This document shows positions 31,914 through 46,507 of a stretch of 64,000 nt of DNA, piece by piece; position 1 is the first letter of the stretch; every line of letters begins with the position of its first letter. Both the position numbers and the translations under genes were made by a program. The notes beneath the pieces are model-generated. The model did not search any database. It was not told the origin of the DNA and saw only the letters and a list, made by a program, of their open reading frames with translations. Source of the DNA: Eledone cirrhosa (lineage: Eukaryota); contig OZ024749.1 in the NCBI GenBank assembly GCA_964016885.1, positions 44,454,001 to 44,518,000 of the forward strand, written 5' to 3'.

Positions 31914-32793
31914 CTATATATATATATAATTTGCTTCCAATTTTGGGCAAAATAAAAATAAAATAAAATACTAAAACATATATTCATCGTTAGTTATAAT
32001 GAGAATAGTAGTAGTAGTAGTAATAGTAGTAGTAGTAGTAGTAGTAGTATCGTAACGTAGTAACAATAGTAATCGTGAATATTAATATTTAGCAAGTAGA
32101 ATGATGTTCGAGTAGAAGAGATCAAGAACAACGTTTAATTTACAAGAAGAACGTAAAAACCGTGAAAATACGTATAATTATTAGATCAAAAACAAACAGG
32201 ACACCTGCAGTAACACTAGTAGTAATAATGGTAGTAGTAGAAGTATTAGTAGTAGTAGTTGTAGTTGTAGAAATTATTTTATGTTGACAGTTATGATAAG
32301 GATGATGATGATTATGATTTACGATGATGATGATAACGAAGCTGATTATGGTGATGATCGTGATAAAATATATGTGGTAATATAGAGGAGAAGAAAGAGG
32401 AAGAAAAAGAAAAAGGAGAAGAAGAAGAAGAAGAAGATGACGACTAGGAAGAAGGAGAAGAAGAAGAAGAAAACGACGACTAAGGAGAAGAAGAAGAAGT
32501 AGAAGAAGAAAACGAATAAGACGAAGAAGATAATAAAAATATATTGTTGGGGAGGCGAGGGGCGGGGGTGATGATGATGGGTGGAAGAAGAAGAAGAAGA
32601 AGACGACTAAGAAGAAGGAGAAGAAAAAGAATGTAATAAGAATATTAATAGTAATATTAACGATGACAACAATCCAACACATTGGTTGCTACGTTTGATG
32701 ACTGAGGTTACACACCATCTTTGATAAGGTGTTATGTGGCATTAAGTAAAACTATTAGGTAATTTATAGGTTAGTATGTGTTACTGTTGTTGC

Positions 32794-32841
<48 letters not shown>

Positions 32842-33291
32842 ATTACAATATAAATCTGCATGAGAAACAATTCAGCAGTTGATAAGAAACAATTTCTTGT
32901 AAACAAATTAAATGGCGGACGTTTTAACAACAACAAAAACAACAGAAACAACAACAACAAAAGAAAACGACAATAATGATAATAATAGCTATACTAATAA
33001 CAAACATGATGATGATAATGATGAATATAATAACAATAATGATGATGGTGCTGATGATGATGATGATCATGATGATGATAATAATAGTAAAAATGAAAAT
33101 GATAGTAACAAGAACATGATCACGAACAATAACAATAATACAAATAATAATTATAATAATCATGTTATTATTACTATCATGATGAAGATGATGATGATGA
33201 TGATAATGATGATAATGATGATGATGATGGTGAAGACGGTGATGAAATGGAAGAGGGTGATGATCATGATGATGACATGATGATAATGATA

Positions 33292-33326
<35 letters not shown>

Positions 33327-33444
33327 GAAGGTATTAACGAATACAAATTGCTCAAACGCTCGATGTTTAGAAAATACATATTAAACAGGTTCGACACGGC
33401 ATTTAATAAAAAATAATTTAAAAAAAAAAAAAAATGTTCACCTA

Positions 33445-33990
33445 CACCACCACCACCAACAACACCAACACCACCACCACCATCACCACCACCACCACCA
33501 CCAACACCACCAACACCACCATCACCAACACCACCATCACCACCAGCAAAACCACCACCACCACCACCACCACCACCACCACCAACATCACCACCACCAC
33601 CACCACAACCACCACCACCACCAACACCACCACCAATAGCAAAACCACCACCACCACCACCACCACTACCACCAACCCCACCACCAACACCACCACCAAT
33701 ACAACCACCACCACCAACACCACCACCACCAACACCACCACCAACACCACCAACACCACCATCACCAACACCATCACCACCACCAGCAAAACCACCACCA
33801 CCACCACCACCACCAACATCACCACCACCACCACCACCACCACAACCACCACTATCCACCAACACCACCACCACTAGCAAAACCACCACCACCACCACTA
33901 CGACCAACCCCACCACCAACACCACCACCAACACAACCACCACCACCAACACCACCACCACCAACACCACCACCATCACCACCACCACCA
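33445..33990. repeat. Degenerate (CAC)n tract with internal ~240-bp duplication
   Basis: CACCAGCAAAACCACC recurs at 33541 and 33781. Confidence 0.8.
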
Positions 33991-34280
33991 TCTCTACTGC
34001 AACTACTACTCCTATAATGACAGTAACAAAGGAAAGGTGAGAATCAAGACATAATATTAAATTCTTGGGTAGAAATAAAAGAATAGAAAATAAAAGAAAA
34101 AAAATGACGAGAAATATGTAAATGTAATATATGCCATGAATAAAGAACAAATATAAATTATGTTTCCATGAATAAATGACGAAAGAAGATGAGAGGAGAG
34201 GGAAATATGTTGCGTGAAACAATACAACAGACTTGTAATTTTTAGCATTTTCAAGGAAAATAAGATAAAATTCGAATAAT

Positions 34281-34352
<72 letters not shown>

Positions 34353-34359
34353 TTATGTA

Positions 34360-34415
<56 letters not shown>

Positions 34416-34450
34416 CATAGATATATAAATATATATATATAAATAAATAA

Positions 34451-34495
<45 letters not shown>

Positions 34496-34553
34496 GTTCT
34501 ATATAAATATGTATATATATGTATAGTTCTATATAAATATATATGTATGTTTG

Positions 34554-34589
<36 letters not shown>

Positions 34590-34702
34590 TACACATATAT
34601 ATATACATATATATATAATAAATAAATAAATATAAATAAATAAATATAAATAAATAAATATATATATATATATATATATGTAAATATATATATATATATA
34701 TG

Positions 34703-34766
<64 letters not shown>

Positions 34767-34834
34767 AATATATATATATATATACATACATACATATATA
34801 TATATAACAATAATAACAAAAACAACAGTAATAA

Positions 34835-35050
34835 TGGTTTCTGATTTAAGCACAAGGCCAGCAATTTGGGGAAAAGGGGAAAATCGATTAAATCGACCCC
34901 ACTTCATTTATTTTAGTACTTTATTTTATCGACCCCGTAAGGATGAAAAGCAACGTTAACCTCGGCGGGATTTGAACTCAGATCATAAAGGGACATAACT
35001 TTGCTAGAAAGCATGGCGTCAGACCCTCTACCGATACTGCCAATTCACCA
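34835..35050 (-). mobile_element. SINE family 1, full length
   Basis: ATCGACCCCGTAAGGATGAAAAGCAACGTTAACCTCGGCGGGATTTGAACTC...CTCTACCGATACTGCCAA. Confidence 0.85.
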
Positions 35051-35056
35051 TAATAA

Positions 35057-35330
35057 TGATTTGTTTATTGGCCACAAGGGCTGACTTCAAGAAAAAAACA
35101 TTACAGACGACACAGGACGGTACGATGTGGGTTTTGTGCGTGTAAAGATTTTTATTATTTATATAAAAAAAGAAAAAAAGACATAGAAACATATATATAA
35201 ACAATATTAATAATATGATGGTTTCTGGACTAAACCAGAAAGGTTTACAAAAGGATCAAGGAGGTTACAGTACAAAATAAGAGTTTACATGAAAAACGAG
35301 TAAAAAAAAAACCCCAAAAAACCCTGAAAC
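35057..35330 (-). mobile_element. LINE (Tx1-like) 3' UTR fragment
   Basis: Minus strand TTTTACTCGTTTTTCATGTAAACTC...GCCCTTGTGGCCAATAAAC resembles 54127-54197. Confidence 0.55.
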
Positions 35331-35543
35331 ATTAACTAATAATTGTTTCTACTTTTGGCACAAGGCCAGCAATTACCCTGTGCATTACTGGTACTTTATT
35401 TTATCGACCCCGTAAGGATGAGAGGTTAACTTTGCCTTTCATCCTTACGGGGTCGATAAAATAAAGTACCAGTAATGCACTGGGTAATTGCTGGCCTTGT
35501 GCCAAAAGTAGAAACAATTATTAATTAATGTTTCAGGGTTTTT
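35318..35543. repeat. Tail-out inverted pair of SINE family 1 3' halves, including ~20 bp of flank
   Basis: AAAAACCCTGAAACATTAA...GTAAGGATGA is mirrored by TCATCCTTAC...TTAATGTTTCAGGGTTTTT. Confidence 0.9.
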
Positions 35544-35649
35544 TAAATTTTTTTTATTATTATTAACTAATCATTATTATTAACTAATAATGATTATAAT
35601 TATTTGCAATATTTGTCACGGCATGGGATTATCATGACTATGATGTTGC

Positions 35650-35693
<44 letters not shown>

Positions 35694-36058
35694 GTGGTGA
35701 TGGCGGTGATGGTGGTGATGTTAATGAAAATAATAAAGACCAATATTTTTCAAGCACACACGAAAATAATTAATCATGCAAAACAGCATGGTGTTGGTAT
35801 TCTTACTATATCTTTGTTTTTACGTTATTTAAATAGTATATATATATACATACATATATGTATGTATATATATATACATACATATATGTATGTATATATA
35901 TATACATACATATATGTATGTATATATATATATATAAATATATATATATGTGTAGATATCTATAGTTATATATACATATGTATATATATGTATAGTTATA
36001 TATAATTATGTATATATATATATGTATATGTATATGTATATATATATATGTATGTATA

Positions 36059-36097
<39 letters not shown>

Positions 36098-36112
36098 ATA
36101 TATATATGTATG

Positions 36113-36144
<32 letters not shown>

Positions 36145-36349
36145 TATGTATGTATATATATATATGTATGTATATATATATGTATGTATACAAATATATA
36201 TATATGTATATATATATGTATATATATATGTATATATGTATATATTTATACATATATATATATATATGCATATATATATATATATATACATATATATATA
36301 CATATATATATATGTATATATATATTTATACGTATATATATATTTATAC

Positions 36350-36400
<51 letters not shown>

Positions 36401-36435
36401 CATATATATATATACATATATATATATATGTATAT

Positions 36436-36536
<101 letters not shown>

Positions 36537-36551
36537 CATACATACATACAA

Positions 36552-36601
<50 letters not shown>

Positions 36602-36726
36602 GTGTGTGTATGTCTATGCAGATATACAGGTATGCATATATATTTATTTACATATACTTTATATCACATATATGTATAAATATGCATGTATCATATGCAA
36701 CTGTATATCTATCTATCTATCTATCA

Positions 36727-36794
<68 letters not shown>

Positions 36795-37061
36795 GTATAT
36801 ATATATGTATGTATATATATATATATATGTATATATATATGTATGTATATATATATATGTATGTATATATATATGTATGTATATATATATATATATGTAT
36901 ATATATATGTATGTATATATATATGTATGTATATATATATATGTATGTATATATATATATGTATGTATATATATATATGTATGTATATATATATATGTAT
37001 GTATATATATATATGTATGTATATATATATGTATGTATATATATATATGTATGTATATATT

Positions 37062-37092
<31 letters not shown>

Positions 37093-38120
37093 ATATACAC
37101 GTGTGTGTGTATGTGTGTGTGTGTGTGTATGTGCGTGCGGGCGTGCCTGCATATTCATATATATATAAATCGAATGATTGGTTTTTGAACCTAAAGAAAA
37201 AAAAAAAAAAAAAAAAAAAAAAGATAAAAAAAAATTAAGGGGACAACGAAAAGGACGAGACAAAAGCTACGTGACTTCGTCAACAATGATGACATCATCA
37301 ACAGTAACATTAACATCATCACCAACAGAAACCTTGGCAACAACAACACTCGTGTCTTTTGATAATTAACTATGAAATTATGAACGAATCAACACTGATT
37401 TGTCGCGGCGTGGATACACATTAAAGTTACAAATTTCCAACTATGAAACTGCTTGGACCATAAACTGGATAAATTTTCTTAGAATTTCATGCTATGGTTA
37501 ATGAGCCTCCTAATTAAGATATGCAAAAATATTGAATACTGTGTGTCGGGTGGGATGAGAATTTGATAAAAGAATAACGTAATCGATTTTTGAAATTTGA
37601 AAAGTATTTCATTAAAGAAAAATCATGGTAAATAAAAAAAAAAAAAAAAAAATTCGTCTAAAACGTATCTAAGATATTTTAAATTGAATTCAGGTTTAAA
37701 GGAAAACTAACTGTGAAATTGCTTTGCAACATGTATGATAATATTAGCTGTAAGAAATGAAATTATAATAACGACAACAACGACGATAACAAAATGATCA
37801 ACAAAAATAGTGGCAACAGCAGTAAAGATAAGGCTAGAAAGAATAGCTAAGGCATTAAACAAATACAATCCTCAAGCATAATGATTGGCTCTGTTTACAG
37901 GCACAACACTTTAAGCTCAGTCATACTAACCGCCGCTCATACATATACAGAAACAAACGAGAGCACACACTACGCTTACATAAACATAATTATACACACA
38001 CTCTTCGATACAGGCATTCAAACAAATGAGTTCATACATTTAAATACACACTGATTTATACATTCATTCATATATATATATATATATACATAAATATAAC
38101 GTGTGTGCGCATATATATAT

Positions 38121-38189
<69 letters not shown>

Positions 38190-38211
38190 GTGTGCGCATA
38201 TATATATTTAT

Positions 38212-38559
<348 letters not shown>

Positions 38560-39311
38560 CTGTATATATATATGCGCACACACAGTAACAGAAGCACACA
38601 CATATTACTGTTGATACTCTCCAAAAAGGGAGGTGAATTAGACTTATTATAGAACCCTTATTCAGCGTCAAATTGGCAGAGCCGATAAGGCAACGGATAG
38701 AATTCTTTGCCTTGTATATTTAGGGTCTCTGAGCTCAAAATCAGCTGAGGTCAACTTTGCCTTCTATAATTTTGGTACTGATATATACGTTGTCAGTCCC
38801 GCACTGGGGTCCATTATCTTATCTCCACGTCATCGACATTTCTCAAGAACATGGAGAGTGGGAAGGAAAAGTTGCACCCAGAATGTAAAGAGTGGGTACA
38901 TACACAGGAAAGCATTTTGTATGACATTCTAGCGATTCTGTTATCGACCAAACTATATATACATATATATACGTATATATACGCGTGTGTCTGTGTCTGT
39001 GTCTGTGTGTGTGTTTGTGCGTTTGTGTTTGTGTCTGTGTGTGTGTATAAAAACATACGGTCACTCACATATTCTTAATTACATAAATACAAACATGCGT
39101 ACATAGATACTTACATACATAGATGCACACATATACACATATGCACATGCACATATATACATACATACATACATACATACATACATACACACATACATAC
39201 ATATATACATACTTGCATACATACACACAGACAATCACACACACATACATACATATATGCATACATACATACATACACACATACACATACATACATACAT
39301 ACATACATACA

Positions 39312-39920
39312 TGGTGGCTGCCAACTCGTTTTCTAGTACGGCCACTACTTTATATCCATGTAGCAGAACCCTTACCGATGCGCTGAACAAGTGTGACTTT
39401 TTAGTCCACCCAGCGACTTGAAAACTCTGGTACAAACACTACACTTGTGACAGTTATTGACACATAATGCTGGGCCCATGGTACCATGTGACGACGAGTG
39501 CAGAGAGATCTCCATATATAAAGCAATGCCTGTGCCGTGAAGCTTTTATAGTGAGCAAAGGCACTGCACAAAGCCAGTCCCACTCTCTTAACCGAGATGA
39601 TATTTACCAAAAAGAAGAACAAGTCAACATCATTGGATACCATCAGGGTTGCAGGTGTTCTATCAGAGTTTTCCTTCTCCTAGAACTCTGCCTTGACAAA
39701 GGCTAAGGGGTCATCTCTCCCGGTGATTTTGGATGGCCATTGACTCTTAAGAGCTCCTTTGCCCTTTGACAGGTTTTGTTTTTAGTCCTGCAGGATGTCC
39801 AAAGTCACCCTCCTCACCAAGAAACCTTGGTGGGGTTGCCAGTTTAGTCGCCAATGACCCGACCATGAGTCAGGTTGTACTGGGATACATGTTACCAGGA
39901 GCACCAACTGGTGACCTGAC
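39312..39920 (-). mobile_element. ~610-bp non-coding interspersed element, probably RTE-related and non-autonomous, in (CATA)n
   Basis: Homologous to 48808-49078 (CCCACTCTCT, TCAACATCAT, CCTTCTCCTAGAA); minus-strand CTAGGAGAAGGAAAACTC recalled from RTE 5' regions; microsatellite on both sides. Confidence 0.6.
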
Positions 39921-39945
39921 ATACATACATACATACATACATACA

Positions 39946-39979
<34 letters not shown>

Positions 39980-40612
39980 CATACATACATACATACATAC
40001 ATACATACATACATACATACATGTGAGTGAGCATTGACACCGAATAGAATGGAATAGCATGCAGGTGCGGGTGTGTAAGGAAAAGGATCCTTCTTAGTTT
40101 TAATGACTAAAATAATCAATATTTATCTGCCAGGCAAGAAGAAGAGAGATTTTGTATGTTCTATTGTTTCATTAGCAGAGTTTCAGCTAATTGGTTTGTT
40201 GGCTACTCAACAGTCAAGGCGGTTTAAAATCCTCACAAAATCCCACTCTCCTTCTACTAATACAATATGACATACATCTTCTTTATATAGTACATCTCTC
40301 CCCGCCCACCCTTTATATTCACTATTACCTTCGCTTTCACTTCTATTTCCACTATCATTTATTACCAGCCGAAAGTCCAGTATGATATAGTATTGTTTTG
40401 TTTGTTGTTTGGTTTTTAGATATAATTACAAATTTGACACCAGGTGCATATTCTCAACTTTGGGTTTAAAACTTTGGAAAAGAAACGACATACACAGCTA
40501 TCTAATTAAGAATACACTTAAAGCTTATTTGTCAGCACTTTATATTGCTCATGGATACATCTATGATGATAATCTTACTCAGTTTATTTGAGCTTAGATA
40601 GGGTGGTACACC

Positions 40613-40714
<102 letters not shown>

Positions 40715-41241
40715 CCCCGTGTATGTGTCTGTGTGTGTGTGTCTGTGTCTGTGTGTGTGTGTGTATGTGTGTCTGTGGTTTTGAGTGTCTCTGAGAGAAG
40801 GGGAAAATAGGTGAGGATATCAAGTGTTGGATAGAGAGAGATATGTAGTGTCCGTGTGAGGAGAGAGAAAGAAACGAAGAAAGAGACACGGAATGGGAGA
40901 AAGAAACAGAGATGCATGGAGGGGTGGGGGGGTGGTAATGGCTATATGGTGGAAGAGAAGAATAGAGATGAGAAATACAACTTTGAAGGAAAAATAAAGA
41001 GACCGAGAAGAAGAAAGACAATGAACTGTGAAAGAGACGGAAGGGGATAGATATATAGATAGAGAGGAAGAGAACACAAAAGAGTGGGGGAGAGAGAAAG
41101 AGAGATAAAGACAAAAAGTAATATGTACGTATCTCTCTCTATATATATATATATAGAGAGAGAGAGGTAGAACAGTGGAAGGTAATATCCGTAGTGGTAG
41201 AGCACTCCGTCCATGGGACGAGTTTGGTAAAAGTATTTACT

Positions 41242-41366
41242 CAACAGTTAGTTGACCATAGCGAGAACAATTGTTCACCTTAGCAGATCTTCAGCTTCTT
41301 CTAGTGTACGAGCTGAAGATCCGCAAAGGTGAAACAATTGTTCTCGGTATGGTCAACTAACTGTTG
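41242..41366. repeat. Inverted repeat (~55-bp arms) made of two divergent hammerhead copies
   Basis: CAACAGTTAGTTGACCATA...TCTTCAGCT / AGCTGAAGA...TATGGTCAACTAACTGTTG. Confidence 0.85.
41309..41346 (+). ncRNA. Minimal hammerhead motif
   Basis: CGAG CTGAAGA T CC-GCAAA-GG T GAA ACAATTGT T CTCG; palindromic stem III, very short stem II; the minus-strand twin lacks one A of GAAA. Confidence 0.6.
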
Positions 41367-41399
41367 TGTTACTACTTATATATATATATATATATGTAT

Positions 41400-41575
41400 A
41401 ATAAAGTTTAATAAAAAGTCAAATGTTTAAAATTTAGCTTCGTTTATTACTGCTATATATATTTCAGTGACAGCCATCTTTGGCTGTGACCTCTTCAGGC
41501 AGTCCGAATTAGTGTGGTATAGACAAGTACATATGTCGTGGAGGTGTATAATTTTGTCAATACTCTGATATGCCC
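41400..41575 (-). mobile_element. HHR-bearing short repeat; inverted homolog of 51117-51292
   Basis: Near-identical reverse complement over ~175 bp; 3' end runs into (TA)n. Confidence 0.85.
41449..41503 (-). ncRNA. Type I hammerhead motif
   Basis: Minus strand: ACTGC CTGAAGA GGTCACAGCCA-AAGA-TGGCTGTCACT GAA ATATATAT A GCAGT. Confidence 0.8.
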
Positions 41576-41726
41576 AGTTCCTGGTTGGGTTGTTATTTCA
41601 CTGAGGAACTGGAATCATATATATATGTATATATATATAGTAATAATAATAAATTTGAAGACTAAAATCCAAAGAGGGCTCGATAAGGATAAATATATAT
41701 CAAATATATAAGAACCGTAGAGGAAA

Positions 41727-41874
41727 TATTTATTAAAATAACAGATGAAAGTTTAAGCAAATAATCGGTGCTTTCACCCTTAACGGGATCTTCTGAAACT
41801 CAGAGTTTCAGAAGATCCCGTTAAGGGTGAGAGCAGCGATTCTTTGCTTAAGCTTTAATCTGTTATTTTAATAA

Positions 41875-41877
<3 letters not shown>
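41727..41877. ncRNA. 75-bp-arm palindrome of two divergent hammerhead-like motifs with CAGAAGA (U4>A) core (41750-41800 minus, 41804-41854 plus)
   Basis: Minus strand: AGTTT CAGAAGA T CCC-GTTAA-GGG T GAA AGCA-CCGATTATT-TGCT T AAACT; the plus copy also has GAA>GAG. Confidence 0.6.
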
Positions 41878-41925
<48 letters not shown>

Positions 41926-42056
41926 GGAGGTGAGTTTTATTGTAGAACAAAAAACCAATGCAAAAATATCCTATATCCTTTTAAATTTATTTATCATATG
42001 TTGGATGAACACTTCCTTGTTCACAAGTGTTTTTTAGGCATCATATCATGTTTCCC

Positions 42057-42127
42057 TATTTTATCTGATGAGAACGCAAATATCGTCCCAGGATGATATT
42101 TGGTTTTGAAATGCGCATAATAAAATA
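42057..42127 (+). ncRNA. Type I hammerhead motif
   Basis: TATTTTAT CTGATGA [GAACG CAAATATCGTC-CCAG-GATGATATTTG GTTTT] GAA ATGCGCAT A ATAAAATA; perfect 8-bp stem I and palindromic stem III. Confidence 0.85.
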
Positions 42128-42222
42128 TATGGAACATTTTTAACCATCTTTTAATTTCTTCTTATATATATATATACTGTTATGCTTTGGGAGGTTCATG
42201 TTGCCAATAAAATTCAGAAACG

Positions 42223-42277
<55 letters not shown>

Positions 42278-42394
42278 GTGTGTGTGTGTGTGTGTGTGTC
42301 TGTGTGCGTAAAAGGTAAACAGAAATAACAATTCAATCGATACAGTATATGGAAGGGATATATTAGGTTAACGCTTGAAATAGCAGAAAGAGGG

Positions 42395-42430
42395 TCTTGA
42401 CGTTTCGGACGCTAGTCCTTCATCAGAAGA
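42395..42430 (-). ncRNA. Minimal PLE-type hammerhead motif (36 nt)
   Basis: Minus strand: TCTT CTGATGA A GGAC-TAGC-GTCC GAA ACGT C AAGA; GUC cleavage triplet. Confidence 0.85.
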
Positions 42431-42713
42431 AAGAATGAGAAATAAGATAGATTGAAGGGACGGGCGGGTTGGAATTGGAAAAAAATGTCTTATCCGTTTC
42501 CATTTTTAGTGGGTTTTCAAACCCCACTACCAGGCTAAAATGTCCTTAGTCAACTTGCTTTGTATGTATATATATATATATATATATATATACCTACACG
42601 CATATATACATACATATACATACACACATACGTATACCTACCTATCTACATACATAGAGATACAGGAGCGGGTGGCTCGATGGTAAATGTATGTCTATGA
42701 CAAACGTTATAAT

Positions 42714-42901
42714 TGTTTCTACTTTAGGCACAAGGCCAGCAATTACCCAGTGCATTACTGGTACTTTATTTTATCGACCCCGTAAGGATGAAAGGCAAAG
42801 TCAACCTCGGCGGGATTTGAACTCAGATCACAAAGGGACGTAACTATGCTGGAAAGCATGGCGTCAAACCCTCTACCGATACTGCCAATCCACCGCCCTT
42901 G
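42714..42901 (-). mobile_element. Full-length SINE family 1 with 16-bp target-site duplication
   Basis: A box TGGCAGTATCGG, B box GAGTTCAAATCC; TSD TGACAAACGTTATAAT at 42698-42713 and 42902-42917. Confidence 0.92.
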
Positions 42902-43327
42902 TGACAAACGTTATAATATGCGACAGTCATCAATCAGGTATTATGCTGTTTAGTTATAAATTCATAAAATATTTGTATTAGATTTATGTGTTTAAAGGCA
43001 GCGACAACATGGTCGTTATTACATCAAAGTGATTCCTATCGTTATTTATTGTGCTTGTGTTATGTTCATAGTAGTTGTATTCCCTTCAGTATTGCTAGTA
43101 ATTAATGAATTATATCTATCCTAAAAAAGTGTATTGCAAACACACATCACAGGTGAGTATGTAATGTAATGTGTGTATGCATGTATTATGAATGTATGCG
43201 TATATATGTGTATAAAAACGTGAAAGAAGTATGTACACATAGGTACACAAACATACATAGATGCATATATTTGTACATATCTATCTATCTCCCCCTCTCT
43301 CTCTCTCTGTGTCTCTGTCTCTCACTC

Positions 43328-43421
<94 letters not shown>

Positions 43422-44921
43422 TACTGTATATTGGAAAATGTGTGACATCGTTAGTACAGTTTGGTATATTTGAAAAAAGGAAAAGAATGACTTCACTTGT
43501 AGTCCTAAGCAATTTGATTTAATTTTATAATATTTTACAATTTAGTTTGTCTCTGCATGCTTATGGAGGCTGGAAGAATAATAATCAAATTATATTCTAT
43601 GGAATTCGAGCTCAGAAAACAAAGATCCATAACTAAGTACAGAACAATATTTTAGTCCACCGTCTCGATCCTATAGTGGGCTTAACTGATTATTCATTTC
43701 CTACATAGGTACATCTACTTAGAATTTATAGTGAGTATAAACCCTATTAACTCATCTTTGCCGTATTCTCGGTAGGATTTGAAAGTAAAGTACCACGACT
43801 CAATAGAATAAAGCTTATTGCCCCATCATTAGAGAGATTTAAACTCTACCATGTAGACGTTTTCACTCAACAACCCTAACCCTTACCCTTGGTAGGTAAA
43901 CATACCCGAATTTGCAGTAGGATAAATTCGATTATATCGATCCCTCCAAAAATGCTTCCCTGTTGTATTATTTTATAAACTCTGGAAGAATAAAAAGGGA
44001 AGGTTATTTCTGGAGGGATTTGAACTCAGAAAATAAAGTACAGCCAGTACAATACATCGCAGTTTATAATCCGTCGCACATGCTAACAGTTGCTGCATCA
44101 ATAGCACAACCAGAGCATGAACTTAACGTGGAAGTGCCTGAGTATTCCATAGTTCAGTGGACCCTTAATGCAATTCGTGTATGAGAAAGATTGCCTTTTT
44201 GAATTAAAGGCAGAGTCAATCAGATGAGCTTCCAATTCGACTCCAGGTACATAGTTTCATTAACAAGGCAACGTTCGACTGAAGGTTATGGGAACTGACG
44301 TTTGCACACGATTCCAGGCAGTAGAATCGAACCTGGGACGTAATGACTGCGTAACGGATACCTTAACGATTCAGCTTTCAACCGTAATATTAATATAAAT
44401 ATATATGATAGCTTTGTTAGATACCGTAGGAATCCAGTGATATTAATGTTCCAGTTAGCTTTCCAGGATTGGATCGTTTATTTCTGTATTTGAACGAGGA
44501 ATGCAAATAAAAGGTTTCGTCGTTTTTGTATAGGAAGGGAAATCCTTCCTCGTCATGCTCGAAAAGTTTGATTAATTTTCTCATGCATCTGGATTAGGTA
44601 TGAATGCTTAAGATCTTCGCCGTAATTTGATATCATATAGCGTCTCACATAGGAGATAACACATACATACGCATAGACACGCATAGACACAGACACACAC
44701 GCTCGCACACGCAGCCACACATACATTGACACACACAAAAGCAAAATAAAAAAAAACAACAACAATAAATACAGGAGCAACCACGTCAACAAAAGCAAAC
44801 TTTAAATATATTTGCTTCTGCAGCAATAGAGGCATATACAAGTATCTGTATATATATATGTAATATGCATACATACATATATGTATGTATAGATAACAGA
44901 TATATGAACGTATATATGAAC

Positions 44922-44988
<67 letters not shown>

Positions 44989-45090
44989 GTTACAGCTACA
45001 AACAGGAAGACAAAATTGCATATAAGTATAGATGATTACGTAAAAGTAAAAGATAGGGTCGGATATTCAAATTACATTTCCTCAGTTGTA

Positions 45091-45147
<57 letters not shown>

Positions 45148-45245
45148 CACACATAGATGTATATATATGAATAGCAGGCTTTCCATTTAATGCATTTATT
45201 GCATACTTCTAATGTGTGTATCTCCAAACATATACCTATATATAT

Positions 45246-45279
<34 letters not shown>

Positions 45280-45280
45280 G

Positions 45281-45353
<73 letters not shown>

Positions 45354-45390
45354 ATATATATATATACATGCTTATGTATATATATATATG

Positions 45391-45447
<57 letters not shown>

Positions 45448-45467
45448 ATATATATATATGCTTATGC

Positions 45468-45507
<40 letters not shown>

Positions 45508-45515
45508 TACATACT

Positions 45516-45556
<41 letters not shown>

Positions 45557-45558
45557 TA

Positions 45559-45597
<39 letters not shown>

Positions 45598-46183
45598 GAA
45601 TTACTCCTTGAAGTACCTTCCCAATGCAGTCCAATACAGGAAAAAGTTGTTTTCATTTTCAACGAGAGAGGATATCATCTTGTAAAGATGTGTTATTTTC
45701 GGATCTAATTCATTTGTGATTCAATGAGAAAGATGCATCCTCCATAGATCTTTCTCCCAATCCACCAATCTCTCCCACTCTCCCTTACCCTCTCCCATTC
45801 CCTTTGCCTCTATTCCCCATCCTCACCCTATTTGTTCCCCTACCTTCTCCCCCTCTCTCACAGTCAACCCATTCCATTCATTCACGGCTTTTAATATCCA
45901 TCCTATAGATCCATGTTATTTATTACTAAATATCTTCCCTTCACCCTCTAACTTTGTTGTTCTTCTCAGATTTGCTTATATTGTTTAACTGGATGTGTGC
46001 TTATCTGTGTATCTATATATATATATATATATACGTGTTTGTGTGTGTGTGTATGCGTGTGTATTTCTGCGTGTTTGTGTGTGTAGCTGCATGTGTGTGT
46101 GCCTGTATTTCTCTGTGTGTATCTGTGTCTGTGTGTGCGTGAATTTTTGTGTGTATCTATATGTATGTGTGTATATTGGTATA

Positions 46184-46240
<57 letters not shown>

Positions 46241-46433
46241 GTATATGTATGTGTGTGTATTTGTATGTGTGTGTGTGTGTGTGTGTATGCGTGCATATCT
46301 GTGTGTGTGTGTGTATCTATATGTTTGTGTGTGCCTGCATTTTTTTGCGTGTATCTATATGTCTGTGTATGTATATTGGTATGCATGTGTGTGTGTGTGT
46401 GTATGCGTGTGTATTTCTGTGTGAGTATGTATC

Positions 46434-46507
<74 letters not shown>

